Shown in pieces: positions 18,218 through 27,186 of a stretch of DNA of 64,000 nucleotides. The notes beneath the pieces were generated by a model that was given only the letters and a program-made list of their open reading frames with translations, did no database searches and was not told the DNA's origin. Each line of letters opens with the position of its first letter. The stretch's first letter is position 1. The position numbers and the translations under genes are program-made. The stretch comes from Gemmatimonadales bacterium (GTDB lineage Bacteria > Gemmatimonadota > Gemmatimonadetes > Gemmatimonadales > GWC2-71-9): contig DATIWU010000089.1 in NCBI GenBank assembly GCA_035519195.1, forward strand, positions 3,649 through 67,648, given 5' to 3'.

Positions 18218-20340
18218 GCACGGCCCTGCACTGGGAGGTCACGGACCACGTGGCGGTCGTGACGTTCGATCTGCCCGGTGAGCCGGTCAACATGATTACG
18301 CGGGCGGTGCGCGACGAATTCGTGGCGACCTTCGAGGCGCTGGGACGCGACCCCAACGTGCACGCCATCGTGTTCCTGTCGGGGAAGCGGGATGTCTTCA
18401 TCGCGGGCGCGGATATCGAGGAATTCGTCGCGATCAAGACCGCCGCCGAAGCGGAGCGACTCTCGGCCGGCGGGCAGGAGATGCTGGACCGGATCGCCCG
18501 CCTCCCGAAGCCGGTCGTGGTGGGCATTCACGGTGCGTGTCTCGGCGGCGGGCTCGAATTTGCGCTCGCCTGTCACTACCGTGTGGCCACGGATCATCCG
18601 AAGACGCAGCTCGGACTGCCCGAAGTGCAGCTGGGGATCTTGCCCGGCGCCGGAGGGTGTCAGCGGCTGCCGCGGCTCATCGGCGTACGCGCCGCGCTCG
18701 ACATCATTCTTGCCGGCAAGTCGGAACGTGCGGCCAAGGCGTTCCGGCTGGGGATGATCGATGAGCTGGTCGCTCCCCCGATTCTGAGCGACATCACGTT
18801 CGCCGCGGCCCGGCGACTGGCGGGCGGGTGGCGGCCGCAGCGCCGGCGCGCCGGGGGGAGGGCCGCGGGGTGGCTGCTGGACGGCAATCCGCTGGGACGC
18901 AGCATCGTGTATCGCACCGCCCGTCGCCAGGTACTCGCGACCACGCGCGGCAATTATCCGGCTCCGCTCGCGGCGCTCGAAGCGGTCGAGTACGGCATGC
19001 GCCATGGAATACGCGCGGGGTTGAAGCGGGAAGCCGAGCTGTTCGGCCAGCTGGCGGTGAGCGACGTGTCCCGCAAGTTGGTCCAGATCTTTTTCGCCAC
19101 GACGCAACTGAAGAAGGATTTCGGGATTGAAAAGCCGCCGCGCCCTCGCGAGGTGAAGCGCCTCGGGATCGTGGGTGCGGGGTTCATGGGCGCCGGAATC
19201 GCGGGCACGGCGGTCACGCAAGCCGGTACCGACGTTCGACTCAAGGACGCGGATCTCCCCCGGGTCGCGAAGGGGCTTACGGCGGCCCGGAGCGTGGTCG
19301 ACGAGCGGCTCCGGCGCAGGCGAATTACGCGATTCGAGTACACCCGTTTGGCCGCGCTCCTCTCAGGGGACGATCACTACACCGGGTTCGGGCGCGCCGA
19401 CCTCGTCATCGAGGCGGTATTCGAAGATCTCGGGCTGAAGCAGAAAGTGCTGGCGGAAGTCGAGCCCTTGATCCCCGACGAGACCGTCTTCGCGTCCAAT
19501 ACATCCACGATCCCGATCAAGCAGATCGCGCGGCAGGCGCACCGCCCGGAGCAGGTGATCGGGATGCATTTCTTTTCGCCCGTGCCGCGCATGCCGCTGC
19601 TCGAGGTCATTCCCTCGAATGTCACCGCGCCACAGGCGATCAGCACCGCGGTGGCGTTCGGCAGGCGCATGGGGAAGACCGTCGTCGTGGTTCGGGATGA
19701 GCCGGGCTTCTGGGTCAACCGCATTCTCGCGCCCTATATGAATGAAGCGGGATACCTGCTCGCCGAGGGCGCGTCGATCGAAGAGCTCGACCGTCTCATG
19801 GTTGCCTGGGGCTTTCCGGTCGGTCCGTTTACTCTGCTCGACGAAGTCGGGCTCGACGTCGCCGAGAAGGCGTCGGGAGTGCTGCACGCCGCCTTCGGCG
19901 AGCGGCTGGCGGCCGCGCCGGCCTTTGCGGCGTTCGTCAAGGATGGGCGGCTCGGTCGCAAAGCGGGACGCGGGCTCTACAAGTACACCGATGGCAAGAA
20001 GGGCGCGGCGGATCCCGCCGTGTACGAGCTGCTCGGGGTTCAACCCAATGGTCCCCACGCGGCCGACATCATTTCGCGCCTCGTGCTCGTCATGCTGAAC
20101 GAGGCCGCGCGCGCGGTCGGCGAGGGGGTCGTTCGAGTCCCGCGCGATGGAGATATTGCCGCGATCTACGGCTTTGGTTTTCCTCCGTTCCGGGGCGGCC
20201 CATTGCGGCATGCCGACGATCTCGGGGCGTCCCGCCTCGTCTCGGATCTCGAGCGCCTGTCGCAGCGCCTTGGTGCGCGCTTCGCTCCCAGCGACACGCT
20301 GCGCGACATGGCGACGCGCAACGCCAAGTTCTATCCCTGA
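18214..20340 (+). CDS. fadJ: Fatty-acid oxidation multifunctional enzyme (enoyl-CoA hydratase / 3-hydroxyacyl-CoA dehydrogenase, FadB/FadJ-like)
   Basis: ATGA junction with the thiolase gene. An N-terminal crotonase fold (FIAGADIEEF, GACLGGGLEFALAC) is followed by the NAD motif IVGAGFMGAGIAG. Confidence 0.9.
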   Translation: MSTALHWEVTDHVAVVTFDLPGEPVNMITRAVRDEFVATFEALGRDPNVHAIVFLSGKRDVFIAGADIEEFVAIKTAAEAERLSAGGQEMLDRIARLPKPVVVGIHGACLGGGLEFALACHYRVATDHPKTQLGLPEVQLGILPGAGGCQRLPRLIGVRAALDIILAGKSERAAKAFRLGMIDELVAPPILSDITFAAARRLAGGWRPQRRRAGGRAAGWLLDGNPLGRSIVYRTARRQVLATTRGNYPAPLAALEAVEYGMRHGIRAGLKREAELFGQLAVSDVSRKLVQIFFATTQLKKDFGIEKPPRPREVKRLGIVGAGFMGAGIAGTAVTQAGTDVRLKDADLPRVAKGLTAARSVVDERLRRRRITRFEYTRLAALLSGDDHYTGFGRADLVIEAVFEDLGLKQKVLAEVEPLIPDETVFASNTSTIPIKQIARQAHRPEQVIGMHFFSPVPRMPLLEVIPSNVTAPQAISTAVAFGRRMGKTVVVVRDEPGFWVNRILAPYMNEAGYLLAEGASIEELDRLMVAWGFPVGPFTLLDEVGLDVAEKASGVLHAAFGERLAAAPAFAAFVKDGRLGRKAGRGLYKYTDGKKGAADPAVYELLGVQPNGPHAADIISRLVLVMLNEAARAVGEGVVRVPRDGDIAAIYGFGFPPFRGGPLRHADDLGASRLVSDLERLSQRLGARFAPSDTLRDMATRNAKFYP

Positions 20341-20382
20341 TTCTCCCGCTTCGCCTCCCCTGATCCCCGGCGTTCGCTCGTA

Positions 20383-21315
20383 ATGCTCCGCGCCGGCCTG
20401 CTGTGGCTCAGCGAGCGCCAGCGCGTGTTCCGGTTCGTCAGGTCGAACCGTCTCGCTCAACGTCTGGCGGCCCGATTCGTCGCTGGTGAGACCATCGAAA
20501 CCGCGGTGCGGGCGGTTCAGGAATTGAACGCCAGGGGAATTACCGCGACGCTCGATATCCTGGGGGAATCGGTCACCGTGGCACGCGACGCGGAGCTGGC
20601 GCGAGATGCGTACCTCACGGCCATCGACCAGGTGGCGCAGGTCGGCGCCCAGAGTCACGTGTCGGTGAAGTTGACGCAGCTCGGGATCGATGTCGACGAA
20701 GAGCTGTGCGTGGCGAATATGCGGGCCATCATCGACCGTGCCCGCGCGCGCGGATCCTTCGTGCGCATCGATATGGAGGGCTCGGCCTACACCGAGCGCA
20801 CCCTGCAGCTGTATGCGCGTCGCCTGCACCCGGAATTCGGCGACTGCGTGGGCGTGGTGCTGCAATCGTATCTGCGCCGAACCGCCGGAGATCTCGAGAT
20901 GCTGATAGCGGAACGCGCCCGCGTGCGGCTCTGCAAGGGCGCATACAAGGAGGCTCCCGAGATCGCATTTCCCAAGAAGCGGGACGTCGACGCCAACTAC
21001 ATTGGCTGTATGGAGCGGTTGCTGGACCGGGGGACCTATCCTGCCATCGCGACGCACGACGAACGGATTCTGGCCCGAGCCAAGGCCTTCGTCCGAGATC
21101 GGGGAATCGCTGCCGAGCGCTTCGAATTCCAGATGTTGTACGGCGTCAGACGGGACGTACAGCAGGCGTTACGGCGGGAGGGATACCGGCTTCGGGTGTA
21201 CGTGCCGTTTGGGACGCAGTGGTATCCCTATCTGATGCGCCGGCTCGCCGAACGCCCCGCGAATGTCGCATTCCTGGCGGGCAACCTGATGAAGGAGTCG
21301 TTACGACGGAGTTGA
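20383..21315 (+). CDS. Proline dehydrogenase (stand-alone PRODH domain)
   Basis: VSVKLTQLG, RIDMEGS, VLQSYLRRT, VRLCKGAYKE and FQMLYGVRRD are characteristic PutA-PRODH barrel blocks. Confidence 0.85.
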   Translation: MLRAGLLWLSERQRVFRFVRSNRLAQRLAARFVAGETIETAVRAVQELNARGITATLDILGESVTVARDAELARDAYLTAIDQVAQVGAQSHVSVKLTQLGIDVDEELCVANMRAIIDRARARGSFVRIDMEGSAYTERTLQLYARRLHPEFGDCVGVVLQSYLRRTAGDLEMLIAERARVRLCKGAYKEAPEIAFPKKRDVDANYIGCMERLLDRGTYPAIATHDERILARAKAFVRDRGIAAERFEFQMLYGVRRDVQQALRREGYRLRVYVPFGTQWYPYLMRRLAERPANVAFLAGNLMKESLRRS

Positions 21316-21638
21316 AGGACTCGACGCTCGGCGGGTATCAGCGTGTTCACGAACGCGCCCCGGCCTTCGGCGGCAGTGATGGGCAATCGTACTCGGTCGC
21401 GCCATTCGTGGACGACGTTCCGGATGCGCAGGGCCGCTTTGGGGCGGCCCTGCTCTTTGTGCGTTGGTCGCCATCAGGCGATCGGCCGGTCGGACATCTG
21501 GAGACGGAATACCTGGCCTACGGTGAGACCCCGGACCGGGCGCTCGCCCCCGTCCTCGCGCTTTCGCTTCAAGAGCTCAAGACCCACCTCGACCGCTTGA
21601 TCGCCATGCGGGAACCCAACGACGAGATGCGGCGATGA
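21312..21638 (+). CDS. Hypothetical protein (~108 aa) between PRODH and rsgA
   Basis: The frame is open here. TTG 21312 forms a TTGA junction with the PRODH stop, and the ORF's own stop forms an ATGA junction with rsgA. The track shows it only as the tail of the artefactual ORF 20706..21638. Confidence 0.45.
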   Translation: MKDSTLGGYQRVHERAPAFGGSDGQSYSVAPFVDDVPDAQGRFGAALLFVRWSPSGDRPVGHLETEYLAYGETPDRALAPVLALSLQELKTHLDRLIAMREPNDEMRR

Positions 21639-22585
21639 CCGGCGTGGTGCTGGGTCGAGTGGGTTCGACGTACCGGGTGCGCACCGAGGCCGGGGAAGTG
21701 AGCGCCGTGCTGCGTGGGAAACTCAAGCACGAAGACACGGATCGCGTGGTGCCCGGCGATCGCGTCGAGCTCGCGCTTAGCGGCTCCGGCGACGCTGCGG
21801 CGATCACCGCGATCCTGCCTCGCCGTTCAGTCCTGGCGCGGCGCGCGATTGGAGCGTCGGGGGGGGGATATCGCGCCCACCCGATCGCCGCCAATCTCGA
21901 TCAGGTGGTGGTGGTCGCGGCCGCGCGCGACCCCGACGCGAATCCGCGCCTGCTCGACCGCTTTCTCGTGGTCGCGGAGTCCAACGCACTGCCCGCCGTC
22001 GTCGTTCTCAACAAGGTTGAACTGCAGCCTGACGCCTTCGAGCAGGTGACGCGCCGGTTCGCGCCCGCCGGATATCAGGTAGTGCCAGTGTCCGTCAAGG
22101 CGACGCACAACCTTCCCGCCGTACGGGATCTCTTGAGGGGCCGCACGTCGGTGCTCACCGGCGATTCGGGAGTGGGGAAGTCGAGCCTGATCAATGCGCT
22201 CGCGCCCGGTCTCGACCTGCGGATCGGCGCGGTGAGCACGCGCGGTCGCACCGGCCGGCACACGACGCGCAGCGCGCTGCTGGTTCCGCTCGACCGGTCC
22301 AGTGAAATGGAACGAGGGACGTACGTCGTCGACACGCCGGGGCTCAGGGAGATAGCGGCGTGGGGCCTCGATCCGGACACGCTGGGGGCCTGCTTTCCCG
22401 AGTTTCGCCCATTTCTCGACGGCTGTCGCTTCGAGAACTGCCGCCATCTGGCGGAGCCCGATTGCGCGGTCCGACGAGCGGCGCTGGCCGAGCGCTTCGA
22501 CCCCGATCGGCTGGCCTCCTACGAGCGCATTTTCCAGGAAGTCAACGTTCCTTCCTGGTCCACCGGTCGGCGTCGCGCGAGGTAA
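21635..22585 (+). CDS. rsgA: Ribosome small-subunit-dependent GTPase A
   Basis: Circularly permuted GTPase motifs occur in the order NKVEL, then GDSGVGKSSLINAL, then DTPG. The C-terminal zinc knuckle CRFENCRHLAEPDC is present. Confidence 0.92.
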   Translation: MTGVVLGRVGSTYRVRTEAGEVSAVLRGKLKHEDTDRVVPGDRVELALSGSGDAAAITAILPRRSVLARRAIGASGGGYRAHPIAANLDQVVVVAAARDPDANPRLLDRFLVVAESNALPAVVVLNKVELQPDAFEQVTRRFAPAGYQVVPVSVKATHNLPAVRDLLRGRTSVLTGDSGVGKSSLINALAPGLDLRIGAVSTRGRTGRHTTRSALLVPLDRSSEMERGTYVVDTPGLREIAAWGLDPDTLGACFPEFRPFLDGCRFENCRHLAEPDCAVRRAALAERFDPDRLASYERIFQEVNVPSWSTGRRRAR

Positions 22586-22862
22586 CCTTGGCCATCATCG
22601 TCGCAAATGCCTCATCCAGATCGATGCCCTGCGCGTTCGCGAGGCAGATCAACACGAAGAGGATATCGGCGAGTTCCATGGCAATCGCCCCCTCGGCTTC
22701 GTCGGGTTTTTTCGTCTTCTCTCCGAAGCGATGGTTCAGCTCGCGGGCCAGCTCACCGACTTCCTCGGCGAGCCGGGCGAGGTTCGAAAGCGGAGAGAAG
22801 TAGCCCTCCTTATATTGCCCGATCCAGCGGTCGACTTCCTGCTGAGCATCGCGAAACGACAC
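22542..22862 (-). CDS. MazG-like nucleotide pyrophosphohydrolase (single-domain, 106 aa)
   Basis: EEVGELARE....E..D.L motifs are present (LAEEVGELARELNHRFGEK, AMELADILFVLICLAN). GTG 22862 is preceded by AGGAG with a 7-nt spacer. The longer track ORF extending to 23156 has a non-coding-like N-terminus. Confidence 0.75.
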   Translation of the reverse strand: MSFRDAQQEVDRWIGQYKEGYFSPLSNLARLAEEVGELARELNHRFGEKTKKPDEAEGAIAMELADILFVLICLANAQGIDLDEAFATMMAKVTSRDADRWTRKER

Positions 22863-22879
22863 GAGGGGTCTCCTTCGCC

Positions 22880-24169
22880 GTGAGCGCCGATTCGACGGTT
22901 CTCGCCGTGCCCTTTGCCGGCGAACGTTACGCCACGACGGCGCAGTTGTCGGCGTTGATCGCGCCGCCCTATGATGTGATCGCGCCGGAACAGCGTGTGC
23001 GATACGCGGCGCAAGATCCTCACAATATTGTTCATGTGATGTTGCCGGAAGCGCCATCACATGCGCCGGGACAGGATCGATACGCTTCGGCCGCCGCGCT
23101 CTTGACCTCGTGGCGGGCGGAGGGCGTCCTGGTGCGCGACTCCGGTCCCACGGCATACGTTCTGGCGCAGGACTTCGCGCTGCCCTCGGGAGAGCGACGC
23201 ACTCGCGTAGGGGTTTTCCTCGCGGTCAGCGCCGAAGCGTACACGAATCGCCGCATCCGTCCCCACGAACGGACGCACTCGGCTCCCAAGGCGGATCGTT
23301 TGGCGTTGCTGCGAGCCACCGATACGAACCTCGAGTCCATCTTCCTGCTGGCTCCGGACGATGATCGCAGGCTTGCGGACGCGCTTGCACAGGTCGCCGA
23401 TCAGCCTCCCATGGCGAGGGCCGAGCTCGATGGCGTGCAGCTCCGCATGTGGCAGGTTACCGGCGAGACGGCTGCCGGCATTGGCTCTCTCGCGTCTCGC
23501 GGGCCGCTGTACATCGCCGACGGCCACCATCGTTTCGAGACCGCCGCGGCGTATGCGGCGCAGCAACGCCCGCAGGTTCCGGGAGCGGCTCGCGTGCTCG
23601 CGCTCATCGTCTCCACACAGGACCCCGGACTCGTCATCCTCCCCACCCATCGCATCGTGTTCGCCGGGGGGATCGAGGAGGGGAAGCTGCTCGAATCCTG
23701 GCGCCATTGGTTCGATGTGGGGCGGGTGGCCCCGTGTGCCGATCGAGTTGAGCGGCTCGCCGACATCGGTCGAGACCGGACGGCGTGCCTCGTCGCGCTC
23801 CCCAATGGCTCGGACTTGACGCTCGTGCTGAAACGTGAGGCACCGCTCGACAAGGTCCCCGGGCTCGGAAAATCAGCCGCGGCGCGGACGCTCGACGTGG
23901 CGCGCATCGAGACGCTCGTCGTGCAGGCGATTCTGGGCGCGAGTTCCACTACGCCGTCCCTCGCCTACACGCCCGATCCGTACGCCGCGTTCGACGCCGT
24001 CCGTAAGGGCGCGGCCGCCGCCGCCGTGCTCTTGAATCCGACGCGTGTCGACCAGGTACTCGCGGTGGCTGACGCGAACGACATCATGCCGCCCAAGTCC
24101 ACCTACTTCATTCCCAAGGTTCCGAGCGGATTGGTCCTGCGATCCTTGCGTGAAGGTCCGGAGGGCTAG
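22880..24169 (+). CDS. DUF1015 family protein
   Basis: The typical DUF1015 N-terminus ...LIAPPYDVIAPEQ and the later YIADGHHRFETA block are present. GTG 22880 is chosen because everything upstream in frame is antisense to mazG. Confidence 0.75.
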   Translation: MSADSTVLAVPFAGERYATTAQLSALIAPPYDVIAPEQRVRYAAQDPHNIVHVMLPEAPSHAPGQDRYASAAALLTSWRAEGVLVRDSGPTAYVLAQDFALPSGERRTRVGVFLAVSAEAYTNRRIRPHERTHSAPKADRLALLRATDTNLESIFLLAPDDDRRLADALAQVADQPPMARAELDGVQLRMWQVTGETAAGIGSLASRGPLYIADGHHRFETAAAYAAQQRPQVPGAARVLALIVSTQDPGLVILPTHRIVFAGGIEEGKLLESWRHWFDVGRVAPCADRVERLADIGRDRTACLVALPNGSDLTLVLKREAPLDKVPGLGKSAAARTLDVARIETLVVQAILGASSTTPSLAYTPDPYAAFDAVRKGAAAAAVLLNPTRVDQVLAVADANDIMPPKSTYFIPKVPSGLVLRSLREGPEG

Positions 24170-24171
24170 GC

Positions 24172-24432
24172 ATGGCGCCGCGACCGCGCGAGCGAATTCT
24201 CACCAATCTGGAAACGGTGTACCGCGAGGCCTACGAGCGGGCCAAGGAAGCCGGGGACGAGCGCCGGATGCACGATCTCGATTCGGCGTACCAGCGAGAG
24301 CAGCTGTTGCTCGAGGTCTTGCTCGATATCCGCGATGCGCTGGCGACGCCAGCCGGGGAGCCGAAGCGCTCTTCGGGCACGGACACTCTCACGGCCCTCG
24401 AGACGCTCCGCCGAGTCTCCAAACTGCGCTGA
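24172..24432 (+). CDS. Hypothetical helical protein (86 aa)
   Basis: ATG 2 nt after the DUF1015 stop. The composition is charged and helical. No family recognised. Confidence 0.45.
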   Translation: MAPRPRERILTNLETVYREAYERAKEAGDERRMHDLDSAYQREQLLLEVLLDIRDALATPAGEPKRSSGTDTLTALETLRRVSKLR

Positions 24433-24440
24433 ACGGTTGA

Positions 24441-24923
24441 TCAGCCACCGTAACTGAATCCGGCGCCCTGGAGCGTGAGGGGCCGGGACTCCGCGTGCTC
24501 GATGCCGGCCTCGACAACCTGTCCCAGGACTATCGTGTGATCACCCGCCGGCAGCGTCGCGATCAGGCGGCACTCGAGCCACCCGATCGCGTCCACCAGA
24601 ATCGGCGCTCCCGCAACCGGGCCGGGACGCGTCTTCACTCCTTTGAGCTTCTGGGCGGCGGCGTCCGAAGAGCGCGCGAGCTTGGCCGCAAGGTCACGCT
24701 GCGCCTCGTGAAACAGATTGATGCCGAACCGCCGGGCATCGCGCATCATCGTGATGGTCCTTGAGGTGTTTTCCACGGCTACGGTAATCATCGGCGGATC
24801 AGAAGATGCCTGAGCCACCCAGTTTGCCGTCATCGCATGCTCCTCGCCATCGTGCGCGATCGTGATGGCGTAGAGCCCGTAGGGGAAGAGGCGCAACATA
24901 CTCTTCACGGCGGTTTCGTCCAT
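24441..24923 (-). CDS. Flavin reductase-like FMN-binding split-barrel protein
   Basis: 160 aa with the pattern ...GLYAITIAHDGEEHAMTANWVAQASSDPPMITVAV... typical of the flavin reductase domain family. Confidence 0.8.
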   Translation of the reverse strand: MDETAVKSMLRLFPYGLYAITIAHDGEEHAMTANWVAQASSDPPMITVAVENTSRTITMMRDARRFGINLFHEAQRDLAAKLARSSDAAAQKLKGVKTRPGPVAGAPILVDAIGWLECRLIATLPAGDHTIVLGQVVEAGIEHAESRPLTLQGAGFSYGG

Positions 24924-25041
24924 GCGCTGAAATATCGACGTCCGAAAGGACGGGCGCCAAGCTCGAGGGGCCCGAACTACGTCCCCCGATCGAGAAACTG
25001 CTCCGGCGCATATCTGTCCCTAACGGCGCTATCTTGAAGGC

Positions 25042-27186
25042 ATGCCGACGCGGACTCCTGCTCCAGCCGCTTCCCAGACGCGCTCCAAGGCGGCGCAAAC
25101 TCCAGCCCTTTCGAAGTCCGACCTGCTCGAGATGTACCGCGTGATGCTGCTCTCGCGCCGCATCGACGACAAGGAGATACAGCTCAAACGGCAGAACCGG
25201 ATCTTCTTCCAGATCTCGGGCGCGGGTCACGAAGCCGTGCTGGTGGCCGCCGCCAGGGTGCTCCGGCCGTCCTACGACTGGTTCTACCCGTACTACCGCG
25301 ACCGCGCCCTCTGTCTTGCTCTGGGCATGACTCCCCTGGAGATGCTCCTCGCGGCGGCGGCGGCGGCCGATGACCCGAATTCCGGCGGCCGGCAGATGCC
25401 GTCTCACTGGGGTCACAAGGCCCTGAACATCGTCAGCCAATCGAGCCCGACGGGCACCCAGTTTCTCCAGGCCGTTGGCTGTGCCGAAGCCTGGCGCCGG
25501 TACGACCGCAATGAGGCAATCGATCCCAAGCCCACTCACGACGATGAGCTGGTGTACTGCTCGGCGGGCGAAGGGGCGACGAGCGAGGGGGAGTTCTGGG
25601 AGGCACTCAACAACGCATGCAATCTCAAGCTGCCCCTGCTGTTGCTCATCGAGGACAACGGCTACGCCATTTCCGTCCCGGTGGAAATCCAGACCGCCGG
25701 GGGGTCGATTTCGAAGCTCGTGTCGAGCTACCCGGGCCTGTTTGTCGAAGAGGTTGATGGGCGCGATCCCATCGCGTCGTACGGCGCCATGACGCGCGCG
25801 GCTGCTCATTGCCGCCAGCGCAGGGGCCCGGCGCTGGTACACGCGCACGTGACCCGCCCGTATTCCCATTCGCTGTCGGACGATGAGATCCTCTACAAAC
25901 CGCCCCGCGAGCGCGAACGGGAAGCCGACGAGGATTGCCTGGCGACCTTTCCCAAGCGACTCCTTTCGGAAGGGATCGCAAACCAGCAAGAGCTCGACGC
26001 CATCAAGCAGAGCGTGGACGAAGAGATTCAGATCGCGACCGAGATGGCGCTCGCGTCGCCGCAGCCCGCGCCCGAAAGCGCTCTCCTCTACGTGTATTCT
26101 CGGGACATCGATCCTACGTCCGACCAGTTCGACACCGAAGAAGATCCCCGGTTCACGGGCGATCCCACGACAATGGTCGACCTGCTGAACGCCTGCCTGC
26201 GGGACGAGATGGCCCGGAACCCGCGGATTCTGGTGTTCGGCGAGGACATCGCCGACGTCAGCCGGGAGCAATACCTCGATCAGGTGAAAGGCAAGGGCGG
26301 GGTCTTCAAGGTCACCTGGGGACTGCAGCGCCGGTTTGGGAGCGAGCGGGTGTACAACACCCCGCTCGCGGAGGCCAGCATTGTGGGTCGAGCCATTGGA
26401 CTCGCCACGCGAGGGCACAAACCGGTTGTCGAGATTCAGTTCTTCGACTACATCTGGCCGGCCTATCACCAGCTGCGCAACGAGCTCGCCACCCTTCGTT
26501 GGCGCTCCAACAACGCATTCAGCTGCCCCCTCGTGGTCCGCGTGACGTACGGCGGCTATCTCCGCGGGGGTTCAGTCTATCATTCACAAACGGGCGCGGT
26601 TCTCTTCACCGCGATTCCGGGGCTGCGGGTCGTCTGCCCGTCGACGGCGCTGGATGCGAACGGGCTGCTGCGGACCGCGATTCGCTGCGATGATCCGGTC
26701 CTCTTCCTCGAGCACAAACACCTCTACCGCCAGACATACAACAAGGCTCCGAATCCCGGCCCCAACTTCATGATTCCCTTCGGCAAGGCGAAGATCGTCC
26801 GGCCGGGGACCGATCTCACGCTCGTGACCTACGGAGCGGTGGTCCAGCGGGCGCTGCTTGCGGCAAAAGAGCTCGAGGCGAAGGACAAATGCTCGGTCGA
26901 AGTGATCGACCTCCGATCGCTCTCGCCCGTCGACTGGGAAACGCTTGCCTCGTCCATCCGGAAGACGAGTCGCGTCCTCGTGGCGTATGAAGATCCGCTC
27001 TCGTGGGGCTATGGCGGCGAAATCGCCGCTCGGCTGGGTGAGGAATGTTTTGCGTGGCTCGATGCGCCGGTGAAACGCGTGGCGTCCACCGATACGTTCG
27101 TGGCGTACGCCCCGGACCTGGAAGATTTCATTCTGCCGCAGACGGAAGACCTCGTGCGCGCCCTGCGCGAGCTGCGAGCGTTTTAG
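25042..27186 (+). CDS. 2-oxoacid (branched-chain/pyruvate type) dehydrogenase E1 component, fused alpha+beta subunits
   Basis: 714 aa. The N-terminal half carries the TPP-binding alpha subunit ([15 protein letters not shown]). The C-terminal half carries the beta subunit ([17 protein letters not shown], transketolase C-like end). Confidence 0.88.
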   Translation: MPTRTPAPAASQTRSKAAQTPALSKSDLLEMYRVMLLSRRIDDKEIQLKRQNRIFFQISGAGHEAVLVAAARVLRPSYDWFYPYYRDRALCLALGMTPLEMLLAAAAAADDPNSGGRQMPSHWGHKALNIVSQSSPTGTQFLQAVGCAEAWRRYDRNEAIDPKPTHDDELVYCSAGEGATSEGEFWEALNNACNLKLPLLLLIEDNGYAISVPVEIQTAGGSISKLVSSYPGLFVEEVDGRDPIASYGAMTRAAAHCRQRRGPALVHAHVTRPYSHSLSDDEILYKPPREREREADEDCLATFPKRLLSEGIANQQELDAIKQSVDEEIQIATEMALASPQPAPESALLYVYSRDIDPTSDQFDTEEDPRFTGDPTTMVDLLNACLRDEMARNPRILVFGEDIADVSREQYLDQVKGKGGVFKVTWGLQRRFGSERVYNTPLAEASIVGRAIGLATRGHKPVVEIQFFDYIWPAYHQLRNELATLRWRSNNAFSCPLVVRVTYGGYLRGGSVYHSQTGAVLFTAIPGLRVVCPSTALDANGLLRTAIRCDDPVLFLEHKHLYRQTYNKAPNPGPNFMIPFGKAKIVRPGTDLTLVTYGAVVQRALLAAKELEAKDKCSVEVIDLRSLSPVDWETLASSIRKTSRVLVAYEDPLSWGYGGEIAARLGEECFAWLDAPVKRVASTDTFVAYAPDLEDFILPQTEDLVRALRELRAF

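Noticed and set aside
24935-24955. Hairpin CGTCC-GAAA-GGACG in the flavin-reductase/E1 divergent spacer.
   Set aside because: It lies between divergent promoters, so it is not a terminator. The stem is only 5 bp and I recognise no riboswitch or regulatory family.
24799-26469. 556-aa minus-strand ORF opposite the fused E1 gene. Similar long antisense ORFs occur at 29238..31532 (opposite lon), 19363..21057, 17986..19221, 12638..13978, 43379..44752, 45984..47111 and 49978..50619.
   Set aside because: All lie opposite genes with strong family signatures and have Arg/Gly/Pro/His-rich compositions without recognisable domains. They are treated as non-coding shadow frames.
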